From assembly GCF_006345805.1 (NCBI RefSeq), contig NC_043001.1, forward strand, positions 11,408,001 through 11,472,000: a stretch of 64,000 nucleotides of DNA, in the 5' to 3' direction. Position numbers and translations under genes: made by a program. The notes beneath the pieces were generated by a model. The model ran no database searches, was not told where the DNA came from, and saw only the letters and a program-made list of their open reading frames with translations. Origin of the DNA: Octopus sinensis. Taxonomy: Eukaryota. Each line of letters starts with the position of its first letter. Position 1 is the stretch's first letter. Shown here piece after piece: positions 1 through 11,757 of this stretch.

Positions 1-559
1 ATTGAGGGTAAAATTAATTAATTAATCAATTTCACCGAGTATTCAGTATGCAAAGGGACCATTTAAGGCGAATTCAAATTATTACATTATATAAAATTAT
101 TACATTATATATTCTTCGCTTGCATTTTTGAGTTTGCTGGCACTGTTAGTTTCGAGCAGATCTTCAGAAGCGATAAGAAGCCGAAAGGGTATGCTCCCAC
201 TTTCAGTGTTTTCAAATCCAAACCAGGGAGTTCTGAGCTGATGATGAGAAATGTCGAGTTTGACTAATCTTGAAACGTACGTTCTCAATAACCTTTGCAT
301 TTGATTTTTTAATGTCTCTACCCCCATACTTTCGTGAGTTGAATTGAGCAAACACTATATGAGAGAGGTTTTCTTAAGTATTAGAAATAGTTTTAAAAAA
401 GTTTTTTTAGCTGCTATTTCTAATGAGTTCAGTATGCGGCAAAGTAATTTATTTTACTAAGCCCTTTTATATAATGTAATAATTTGAATTCGCCTTAAAT
501 GGTCCCTTTGCATACTGAATACTTGGTGAAATTGATTAATTATTAATTTTACCCTCAAT
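1..559. mobile_element. MITE-like element with ~95-bp terminal inverted repeats (left end may extend outside the window)
   Basis: 1-96 (attgagggtaaaatta...tacattatataaaa) is the reverse complement of 465-559 apart from about 2 differences; the 360-bp interior is non-coding. Confidence 0.65.
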
Positions 560-665
560 TGTTGAAATTATAATTCATCTCTCTCTATATAATGCCTCGG
601 ATTTACCGAAAAAAGCATAGTGTTTACTGATTTTAACCCACGCTGGTGGAAAGGGGAGAGCAGAA

Positions 666-1030
666 ATTCTTCGCTTGCATTTTTGAGTTTGCTGGCACTG
701 TTAGTTTCGAGCAGATCTTCAGAAGCGATAAGAAGCCGAAGGGTATGCTCCCACTTTCAGTGTTTTCAAATCCAAACCAGGGAGTTCTGAGCTGATGATA
801 GAAATGTCGAGTTTGACTAATCTTGAAACGTACGTTCTCAAATAACCTTTGCATTTGATTTTTTAATGTCTCTACCCCCATACTTTCGTGAGTTGAATTG
901 AGCAAACACTATATGAGAGAGGTTTTCTTTAAGTATTAGAAATAGTTTTAAAAAAGTTTTTTTAGCTGCTATTTCTAATGAGTTCAGTATGCGGCAAAGT
1001 AATTTATTTTACTAAGCCCTTTTATATAAT
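666..1030 (+). repeat. Near-identical direct copy of 111-475
   Basis: attcttcgcttgcatttttgag...actaagcccttttatataat occurs at 111-475 and 666-1030, differing only by 1-nt indels. This explains the twin ORFs 100-351 and 633-905. Confidence 0.9.
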
Positions 1031-1077
1031 ATATATGTATGTATATATATATATATATGTGTGTGTGTGTATGTATA

Positions 1078-1945
1078 TACTTTGATACTTTGATACTTTG
1101 ATAGGTTTCGGCCATTATTGGCCCAGGCCATGTCTAACTTAATAGCACCACCTGGTGAAGTCTTTCAAGTCAGAATTTGGGCACTATGGCCCACTCAAGT
1201 AGAGAGTTATTGTTTACAGAGACATATCCGGGTGTAGGAATTTTATCCGGGATTTCTTGAAGGAATCTGTCCAAAGACTTCTTGAACCCTATAGGGTCAG
1301 TTTCTGTTTTAATGTGTTTTAGTGTAACGTTAGAGAGCGGGGCCAATTGAGGTGAAATAATTGTGCCGTATTGTTGTTATGAGATGAGAGTGCGATTTTT
1401 GTTTTGGGCGGATGGCACGGGGCCCAAGCCTTGGATGTACCCTGAAGGTGATGCCAACATCATTTGGGCAATGCTGATGGAATATTTTCCACCTCATGCA
1501 GATGATGTAGCGCTCACGACGACGTTGGAGAGAATAAAGTTTTAGCTTTTCTAGTCGACCCCAATAGTCAAGGCCTGTCATGCCATCTATCTTTTTTCTG
1601 ATTGCCCTTTGAGGTGCTTCAACTTTTATGATACCTTGTATTGTGTGGGGAGACCACAGTGGACAACAGTATTCAAGGTGGGGTCGGGCAAAAGTGGAGA
1701 AGAGAAGGATAATGGTGTGGATATCTCTCGACTGGAAAGTTCTGAGAATCCAGGAACACATTCTGCGGGCCATGTCAACTTTGGTGTTTATGTGAGTGGC
1801 CCAGCTTATGTTGTTGTCCACAATTACTCCCAAGTCTCTGATGTTGTTGGATGCTGCGAGAGATTCACCTGAAGGAAGGGAGTATGGGAGTTTCAGGGCA
1901 TCCTCTTTTCCAAAGTGGATTAACTCAAATTTATCCTCGTTCAGC
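1078..1945 (-). mobile_element. 5'-truncated CR1-type LINE: ORF2 (RT) C-terminus, 3' UTR and (ATCAAAGT)n tail
   Basis: ORF 1330-1950 has IRDLGVIVDNNISW, FARPHLEYCCPLWSPH, LEKLKLYSLQRRRER. A shifted frame continues FKKSLDRFLQEIPD. The 8-bp tail repeat tttgatac occurs x3 at ~1081-1103. Confidence 0.85.
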
Positions 1946-1949
1946 AGCA

Positions 1950-2704
<755 letters not shown>

Positions 2705-2758
2705 ATGTTTTATGAAATGCTATCCGAAGTATTCATCATCTGGATCATATACCTAAAC

Positions 2759-2890
2759 GCATGCAAACACACATACACACCCGCATGCAAACACACATAC
2801 ACACCCGCATGCAAACACACATACACACCCGCATGCAAACACACATACACACCCGCATGCAAACACACATACACACCCGCATGCAAACAT
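2759..2890. repeat. 24-bp minisatellite (gcatgcaaacacacatacacaccc) x5+
   Basis: Perfect tandem copies; translates as (ACKHTYTP)n. Confidence 0.95.
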
Positions 2891-2897
2891 ATGTATT

Positions 2898-3115
2898 CTT
2901 TATTCTTTTACCTGCTTCACTCATTTGACTGCGGCCAAGATGTAGCGCCGCCTTAACTGGGTTCAATCGTCTGTTTCTTATTCTATCTGCCTTTGTTGCC
3001 GAAACGCCAAGTTACAAGGACATAAACGCACCAACATCGGTTGTCAAGCGATAGTGGTGGGGGGACAAAGACAGATAAACATACATAAATACATACATAC
3101 ATAGTAGAGGAAATC
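2898..3115 (-). mobile_element. SINE family B, 3' part, decayed
   Basis: Matches the reverse complement of the 3' half of the full copy at 57423-57828 (atttgactgcggcc..., accaacatcggttgtcaagcg). Confidence 0.75.
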
Positions 3116-3276
3116 CACTCCATGTGTGTCAAAATCCACAAAATGCTAACAACAACTAGGAACTTCCACAGAAACAGTGATGTTGACAGGTTCTACCTAC
3201 GAAGAAATGAATGTGCAGACGGCCTTCGAATGCTGTATGGTACCATTTAGGCAGCACCCGCTGAGAAACAGCAGCA

Positions 3277-3700
3277 GGAGGCGCAATGGCCCAGTGGTTA
3301 GGGAAGCGGACTCGCGGTCGAAGGATCGCGGTTTCGATTCCCAGACCGGGCGTTGTGTGTGTTTATTGAGCGAAAACACCTAAAGCTCTACGAGGCTCCG
3401 GCAGGGGTTGGTGGCGACCCCTGTTGTACTCTTTCGCCCCAACTTTCTCTCACTCTTTCTTCCTGTTTCTTGTCCCCGACTTCCTACGCAACCGCCGAGC
3501 CTGGATGCGCATTCATCCATCCGTCGATGCTCTCGGTGTCGGTGGGGTTGTCCTTCTTTCTCTTCTGCGGGTCTTACGAATGGCAAATGACCACGTTTCG
3601 GACTTCTCCCACTAAAGAGGTGCGATCTTACGTGCCCTGGGACGAAGACCGCTTCTCTCAACAGCAACAGCAACAGCAGCAACAACAGCAGCAGCAAAAA
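3277..3700 (+). mobile_element. tRNA-derived SINE family C with (CAA/CAG)n tail
   Basis: Head ggaggcgcaatggcccagtggttag (A-box-like) ... ggtttcgattccc (B-box-like). A second copy is inverted at 37478-37879. Confidence 0.85.
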
Positions 3701-3789
3701 TAACTATATAAATGCAGTGTTGAAAATTGAAGTGAGTAACATTGTATGAGTTGGCAGTGAGATTCTCAAGAAGCACTCTCTTCCTGATG

Positions 3790-4720
3790 ATCTCCAGCTG
3801 GGCTCTCTTACCCCAGAGAAGACCTGGACGGAAAGCACTCAGCATACAAAGAAAATCGGCTATACATGGGTATATTGCACAGAAGCTTGAAGAAGACAGC
3901 AGAATTGACACGAAGCTCAGCCTCTCTTGGACACAAGACCACTACATGATATCCCACTTCGAAGGTAATCCGGGAATAGTAGATTGCCTCAAAGTACCTG
4001 GTGAACAAGAAAGGTAATAACGCTCTTATAATACCCAGGTGCCACCGCATGTGTAGGCTATGTCATATTTCTGTAGAAGACATCCTGCATGTAATTAGCA
4101 GCTGTCTTTAAATGGCGTAACGGCACTGCTTTCTTATGCGGCACGATGTTGTTGCTAAAACAATTTACAATGCCATCCGCAGAAAACACTGTCCTGAAAT
4201 AAACTTAGAAAATACCTCTGTTATAGGATACATTCAGAAACACCAACTCAAGGAATACTGGTGGAATATTCCCATCAAAACGTCGGTCAAATGTAAACTT
4301 AACAAGCCAAATATTGTTGTTTGGGACAGAAGGGTAAAGGTATGTCCCATCATAGAGGTCAGCGCCCTGCAGATATAAATGATTCTTTGAAAATCAAAGA
4401 CAACTGCTACGAACGTCCAGCATCTATATCCAGACTATGAATTCATAATTATACTAATAATAATTGGAGCACTAATTTTTGTTAGTAAATGCTTAAAGGA
4501 GAATCTGGATAAACTGGGATTTTCAGAAAGAGAAATCGACCGGCTGTTCGTACATTATGAGTAATGTCTGTGAGTGGAACAGTAAAAATATGCAAATTTT
4601 TTCTGAATTTCCAAATGTGAATTTATCTGTGTTAACTACATCCCAAAGATGGAGCCTTGTACCTTTGTTGGAAACCGGCTCCATCTTCAGTGGAATATTT
4701 ATAACAATAATTACAGAATA
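3790..4720 (+). mobile_element. Decayed R4/Dong-like non-LTR retrotransposon 3' end (CCHC finger and restriction-like endonuclease)
   Basis: CRLCHISVEDILHVISSC, RHDVVAKTIYNAI, NKPNIVVWDRRVKVCPIIEVSA; stops and frameshifts present. Confidence 0.7.
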
Positions 4721-4749
4721 GAAGAGATACACACATACATACCTATATA

Positions 4750-4993
4750 TTCTTTTATTTCTCTCACTCAGTTGACTGCAGCCATGCTGGAGCACCGCCT
4801 TTAATCGAACAATTCAACCCCGGGACTTATTCTTTGTAAGCCTAGTTCTTATTCTATCGGTCACTTTTGCCGAACCGCTAAGTTAAGGGGACATAAACAC
4901 ACTAACATCGCTTGTCAAGCGAGAGTGGGGGAAAAACACAAACACCAGACCGACACACACACACACGCACATACGCGTAAATACCCCCACACA

Positions 4994-5035
<42 letters not shown>

Positions 5036-5148
5036 ATTTATATGCGCGTACTTGCGTTTGTTTTGGGCCTGAACTACCGGTTCGTGAGAAGCGTTCGTTT
5101 GTTTACGACCCGTAACTTTGTAGTTCGGCAAAAGAGACCGATACAGTA
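4750..5148. mobile_element. SINE family B fragments (minus 3' part, then a plus-strand piece)
   Basis: gttgactgcagccatgctggagcaccgccttt... on minus; gttcggcaaaagagaccgata on plus. Confidence 0.7.
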
Positions 5149-5305
5149 AGGGAGTGTTTGTCCAGGATAGGACTACACAGCCACAGCAAGAAATGTAACA
5201 GGAAATAAAATATAACAGCCGGACTAGACCTATAAAAAAAAAAAAAAATGCGCAACTCCATTGTCTCCCGAGACAGAAAGGATGCCAAACATATATATAT
5301 ATATA

Positions 5306-5566
5306 TATACAAAAAGCAATAAAGATTCAAGTTAATTTAAATGAATTTACTTGAATATGGTACCTAACTTAGATGCACCAAAAAAAACTATACTGTTTTA
5401 ACAATACAGTAATGTGGGGTGATTATAAGAGAACTCACATGTATTTTAGCTGATGAGTACGGGACACATTTATATGCTGTAATTTTTACAACTTTTAATA
5501 AAGCCTGTCCTTGTATGAAACGATTGTACTAAAAACCTATCCATTCTTGTTGCTTCTTTCTCGCGT
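5306..5566 (+). mobile_element. Penelope-derived mini-insertion: inverted terminal segment joined to the hammerhead segment
   Basis: 5306-5428 is the reverse complement of 16389-16515; 5429-5565 is a direct copy of ~16252-16388. Confidence 0.8.
5444..5534 (+). ncRNA. Type I hammerhead ribozyme (copy 1)
   Basis: Stem I ttttag/ctaaaa; core CTGATGA (5450-5456); stem II gtacgggaca...tgtccttgtat (5457-5516); GAAA (5517-5520); minimal stem III AC-gatt-GT; GUA triplet with predicted cleavage after 5528. Confidence 0.85.
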
Positions 5567-5686
5567 ATATATATATTATATATATATATAATATATAATA
5601 TATATATTATATATATATATATAATATATATGTATATATATGTATATATATGTTATATATGTATATATATGTATATATATATATAG

Positions 5687-5752
<66 letters not shown>

Positions 5753-6142
5753 GGGTTTCTTTCAGTTTCCTTTAGTCAGCAGATCTACTCACAGATCTAT
5801 CAAAGCCCACTTGCCAAAGGTCCTGCGGAGTGCGACCGAACCCAGATCTACGTGGTTAAGATGCAAATTTCTTACTAGAAGCCATGCCTTAGCTTTAATA
5901 CACACACATACACACACACACATACACAAACAAACAAAGGAATATAAATGGTGTTTAAAACCTTCTACACTTGTTTCGGTTAGGTTTTATTGATGTCATA
6001 AATTACGTCATATCATAAACCCACCATCCTCAAGCACAATTTTAAACACGTATAAACTGGTATATTAAAACCTTGATGATGATCTATCCAACAATCAACG
6101 CGATAATCTCTCTCTCTATATATATATACATACATACATACA

Positions 6143-6193
<51 letters not shown>

Positions 6194-6220
6194 CATATAT
6201 GTGTGTATTTATGTGTATAT

Positions 6221-6253
<33 letters not shown>

Positions 6254-6394
6254 CATATGCATATACATATATATATATAAATATACATCATATATGTATG
6301 TGTATAATATTATATCTATCTATATATATATATTATATGTATGTGTATATATATATTATATATATATATTTATAATATATATAATACATATACA

Positions 6395-6448
<54 letters not shown>

Positions 6449-6510
6449 GGTATATTTATGTATAGTGTGTGTGTGTGTGTGTGTGTGGTTGTGCGTGTGT
6501 GTGTGTATAT
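5567..6510. repeat. (AT)n, (ATAC)n and (GT)n tracts with a decayed SINE B 5' piece (~5750-5900, minus)
   Basis: Seen directly. Confidence 0.8.
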
Positions 6511-7384
6511 ATATACTCTCACACACATTTATCTCGTTTTAGATATAAATTCTACATCAATTCAATAAATGAAACGGATCTGAAATATAAATTATTGTTC
6601 ATTGGAAGAAAAAATAAGAGAAAAAAATAAAAAAATGTTATTGAAATATATATTTTCTGAAAAACGTACTTTTGGAAAAATAATGAAATTATTTAGGTAC
6701 TGAGAGATATAGATGAAGAAAAAAACCCAAAATAATAACTGGGAAGAAAACGAAAAATATAAATAGAGTTATCGTTGATTTATTAGTTTGGTAGAATCTT
6801 TGCATGAAACGATTCCGAATTTTATTAACGAAGCAAATATCAAAGCGGGTAACCGACTCCAGATATATTTTATGTTGTTCATTTATTACCTCATTGCGCA
6901 TAACAGCAACATATTTAATTAACGATCAAACAGACCAGAGAATACAGATGTTTATTAGAGGAATTTCTCGGAGATTAAAGAAAACTGAACGGAAAGATTT
7001 CATTAAATAAAATTGAGAATCAAGAACGTAGCTGTTCGTTGAAGCAATTACAGGGTGCGACGGAAAACGCTCCCATATTTTCTCTGGCCGTTGACGTAAT
7101 GCTAGAAAATGGTGATGGAATTTTTAGTGTATATAGAGTAGTGTATATTTTACCTTGCTTAAGTTATCAATATAAATTGAAACGTTTGTAAACCTGTAAA
7201 ATACGACAGGTCTTTTTTGTTGTTGCACGCTCCGTCTTCCGGCTTCCCACCATATTTTCCGACTGCCTATCACATTCTCCAACTTTTTATGATGCTTTCC
7301 AATGAACAACAATTTATAATTGAAATTCGTTTCATTTATTCAATTAATATAGTATGTGTGTCTAAAAAACGAAAAAAGGTCTCT

Positions 7385-7418
<34 letters not shown>

Positions 7419-7438
7419 CTCTCACCTCTCTCTCTCTG

Positions 7439-7471
<33 letters not shown>

Positions 7472-7726
7472 ATATATATTTGTATATATATATATTACAT
7501 CTACAATATATATATGTAACCACATGTGAATCATTGGCGATTTTTTCCGCCGTCTTCATTTTCTATTGGCCCTTACTCTGTTTCTGAAGAAGAGCTTTTC
7601 TCGAACGTAAAACCGCCTTTCTTATCCTTCCCCGAGCGTCTGCTAATAGTTTACATGTACCATGTTCTCGCTTTGTTGGTTTTTTGTGTCTGTTCTTCGT
7701 TGTCTTTAGATTTCGATATATATATA

Positions 7727-7758
<32 letters not shown>

Positions 7759-8017
7759 GTCAATATAAAAAGGGTAATAATATAGATTACTACCAGGGCC
7801 CAGCACAAAAGACGAATTAGTCATTAGACAAAATATTATTCATACAGAAAAATATTATTCATATAAAAATATAATTAAGGGCTCCTAAATAAGGATGCCA
7901 AGTGCTCGGGGCACAAAAAAAGGGCTAATTTATCGAGAGTGAAAATCAAAAACATTTACCATTAACGATAACGTCTCGGACTATATATACAATATATATA
8001 TTATATATATATATATA

Positions 8018-8055
<38 letters not shown>

Positions 8056-8185
8056 TATCTATATATATATTATATACATATTATTATGTATAATTGTATA
8101 TATATATTATATATATATATTATATCTATATACATATATATATATATATAATATATATATATAGATAATGTATATATATATATGG
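7385..8185. repeat. Several (GT)n/(AT)n microsatellites
   Basis: Tracts at ~7385-7520, 7705-7760 and 7980-8185. Confidence 0.85.
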
Positions 8186-8254
8186 AACTTTTAGCTGGCC
8201 TTTTTCCCTGATTTTAAATCACATTCTAAAGCCTAAAATAAGAAACTGACATTA

Positions 8255-8440
8255 TATAATTTACATTATTTACATTATTTACATTATTTACATTATTTAC
8301 ATTATTTACATTTGACGAATATTCGTCCTCATCTTGTTTGTTAACACGTTTCGGCTGATATACCCTCCAGTCTTCACTCGTCAAATGTAAATAATGATCA
8401 TAATTCCACATCTCTTAAATATAGAACTGTATTGGATAAT
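8255..8440. mobile_element. Second Penelope-like terminal family with (TGTAAATAA)n tail, internally inverted
   Basis: Minus strand reads ...gagggtatatcagccgaaacgtgttaacaaacaagatgagg...gtcaaatgtaaataat. The same sequence is at 61960-62078 (-) and 62488-62580 (+). The 9-bp repeat occurs about x6. The Penelope assignment is inferred from the hammerhead-like motif. Confidence 0.6.
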
Positions 8441-8861
8441 TTAGTCTTGTATGCTTTTATCAACATGGAATGGAAATAATGAAATAGCTTAAATGACCAT
8501 CCACCTGCAGGGTAACAGTAAACCTTTCGCTAAACAATATCAGTAACAACTAGTCTCTAGTCAACAATTAAACAAGTGAGTCAAACAGGGAACTGTTGTA
8601 AGACGTATCAAGTGACTTGTTCAAGATAACGGTTCAATATTTCTGAAAACCTAGTGAAGCCCTTCTTTCTCTAAGGAGCCAAGGCTATCGATGACTTTTC
8701 CCCACTATTCCCGACTTTGGGTGTCTTTTCTTTTTCATTTTTCAACCAGGTTTTGTAGTTTTGAATTGTCATCGATGCATTTGTAACTTTTTTGTTTTCT
8801 ATTTAGTGGAACTGAACGTACTCAAAACTGCTTTTACCTCTTGCAAGAGGTGGTCCATGTT

Positions 8862-9461
8862 TATTTCTTCACTACCCACAAAGGGCTAAACACAGAGAGG
8901 ACAAACAAGGACAGACAAACGGATTAAGTCGATTATATCGACCCCAGTGCGTAAATGGTACTTAATTTATCGACCCCGAAAGGTTGAAAGGCAAAGTCGA
9001 CATCGGCGGAATTTGAACTCACAACGTAGCGGCAGACGAATTACCTATTTCTTTATTACCCACAAAGGGCTAAGCATAGAGAGGACAAACAAGAACAGAA
9101 CAAACGATTAAGTTGATTATATCGACCCCAGTGCGTAACTGGTACTTAATTTATCGACCCCGAAAGGTTGAAAGGCAAAGTCGACATCGCGGAATTTGAA
9201 CTCACAACGTAGCGGCAGACGAATTACCTATTTCTTTATTACCCACAAAGGGCTAAGCATAGAGAGGACAAACAAGAACAGACAAACGGATTAAGTTGAT
9301 TATATCGACCCCAGTGCGTAACTGGTACTTAATTTATCGACCCCGAAAGGATGAAAGGCAAAGTCGACCTCGGCGGAATTTGAACTCAGAACGTAACGGC
9401 AGACGAAATACGGCTAAGCATTTCGTCCGGCGTGCTAACGTTTCTGCCAGCTCGCCACCTT
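8862..9461 (-). mobile_element. tRNA-derived SINE family A, 3-unit multimer
   Basis: Head aaggtggcgagctggcagaaacgttagc plus three ~180-bp units; imperfect TSD ggtggtccatgttt / ggtggttcatattt. Confidence 0.9.
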
Positions 9462-10479
9462 GTGGTGGTTCATATTTGTCTGGCCCCTAACTTCGGATAT
9501 ATCCAGTTTGAGAGGCCCTGCCACGTGCTTTTAATCTACGGACATAGCCTTTAGTGTCATTGAAGGATACGGGCCACTAAACCGTAGCCAGGAATGGATC
9601 TCGTTGCGGATTCCCGAAAAAAAAAAAAGATACCTAATATTTTTGATAACTATTCACAGTTTTAATTTTCTCAATCCTGTTTCTGCATGACACTTAGATT
9701 TGGCTCGAAACAACAATCAAACGATTTAATTGATCAATTGCAACTGTATTGTGCTAATCTTGAATGTTAGCCAACAGCAACAAGAGAAACATCAACAAGA
9801 ACCGCCATCATGTACAGCATTGCATGTTCCCTACTCTGCTTCTTAAAAACCAGCCAAATTATACGAACCATTGTTAATTTTATGTTGATTACTTTAACCA
9901 ACAACCGTGATTCACTTCTGACCCCTCAAATATATTTCAGCATTCTTGGCATACTTCCTTATATCGATTGTCCTTGTGGAATCCATGAATATTCTTTCTT
10001 TGAGACAGTGATATAATTCGCTGCCAAATCCTTCCCATTGACCTTTGCTAAAAACTTTCTGATTCCATTCCATCTTCCTTGGGGAACAGTCGATCTCATT
10101 AGGTTTTGAAATTGCCATTCACAGTTGTATATGTCTAACAGATAATGTTTTCAGTTGTATGTCTATCTATTAATATTCTCTGTTAAGGCGGCGAGTTGAC
10201 AGAACTGTTCGATTAACTGAGGAAATGTTTCGCGTTCTTCTTCTCGCTCTCTGCTTTCTGAGTTCAAATCCTGCCGAAGTTAATTTTGATTTTCATCATT
10301 CCTCGGTCGATAAAAACAAAACAACGAAAAATCCAAATAAAATATTAGCATGGATAGCATCGACTAACACCCTCCCTAAAATGTTTCTGGTCTTTGACCA
10401 GAATTAGAAACCATTAAATGAAAATAAATTAGCAGAATCGTTGGAACATCGGAGAAATGCTTTACGGTATAAGTTTCTG

Positions 10480-10898
10480 AAGGCGGCGAGCTGGTAGAAA
10501 CGTTAGCGCGCCGGGCGAAATGCGTAGCCGTATTTCCTTGCCGTTACGTTCTGAGTTCAAATTTCGCCGAGGTCGACTTTGCCTTTCATCCTTTCGGGGT
10601 CGATAAATAAGTACGCCATTTACGCAACTGGGGTCGATGTAATCGACTTAATCCCCTTGTCTGTCCTTGTTTGTCCCCTCTATGTTTAGCTCCTTGTGGG
10701 TAGTAAAGAAATAGGTATTTCGTCTGCCGCTACGTTCTGAGTTCAAATTTCACCGAGGTCGACTTTGCCTTTCATCCTTTCGGGGTCGATTAAATAAGTA
10801 GCAGTTACGCACTGGGGTCGAAATAATCGATTTAATCCGTGTGTCAGACCTTGTTTGTCCTGTCTGTGTTTAGCCCCTTGAGGGTAGTAAAGAAATAG
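10480..10898 (+). mobile_element. SINE family A, 2-unit
   Basis: aaggcggcgagctggtagaaacg ... gagttcaaatttc (B-box-like) ... gtagtaaagaaatag twice. Decayed copies also lie at ~10186-10330 and ~11075-11260. Confidence 0.9.
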
Positions 10899-11757
10899 GT
10901 ATTAGTTTCTGCTGGATCTTAGCATTCTTGTCTCAGATATCGCCGAGGACAGCTTGGCCTTCCATCCCTCCTGGTTCGGTAAAATAAAGCAGTGGAGCCG
11001 CGGGTTAGACTTAGTCATTCTCCTCCATTGCAGACCTTGTGTCTATTTAAGAAACATTAACATTTTCACCAATGAGGTTCGCATGTTGGCACATCGGACA
11101 AAATCTTTAGCGGTGTTTCTTCCGACTCCTTACGTTCTGAGTTAAAATTCTGCCGAGGTCGAACTTACTTTTTGTTGTAGATAAAAAAAGTATCAGTCAA
11201 TCACTGGGGTCAATGTAATTCGCTTCCCTGTCCTCTTAAAAGAGCTATTTTCATCAATCAATAAATCATAACATAAATCTTCTTCATATTGCTAACGAGG
11301 TACCATTCCCCGCTTCCTCAACAGTAGAAACTAGGATACAGATTTTTGTAATTAACGCAAATTACAAATAATGTTCGCCAAAAAATATAAAAATCTTCAC
11401 AGTTTTCAGCTTTGTTCCTACAGAAATTATTCACGCAGGCAATCTAATGCTTTTCTTTAGATTCTTGGTTATTCCTTATCAGGCAGAACTATGATCAAAG
11501 TCAATTTAACTTTGATCATCTCATCTTTTACTCCAGCATTTTGTATCCAATCGTTGCTATAAAAATTCTGCTGCTTGTTTCCGACTCAAACAGTAGACCT
11601 CATGCTATATAACTATGGATAAATCTGGCCTAAACCAAGACTATGAAGAAGTGATGCTAGAGATATGAAATCTTGCATGCATCGATTTCAACTCACTTTA
11701 TTAATAACTACATTATCTCTTTACTTCAAAAGTAATTAGTACCGACTGCTCTTGAAA

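Noticed and set aside
149-167. Hammerhead-like CTGAAGA...GAAAC on minus (also 704-722)
   Set aside because: The 7 nt between the motifs (tctgctc) cannot form stem II, and no stem I/III with a UH triplet is evident.
3353-3703. Poly-Q ORF
   Set aside because: It is the (CAA/CAG)n tail of SINE C.
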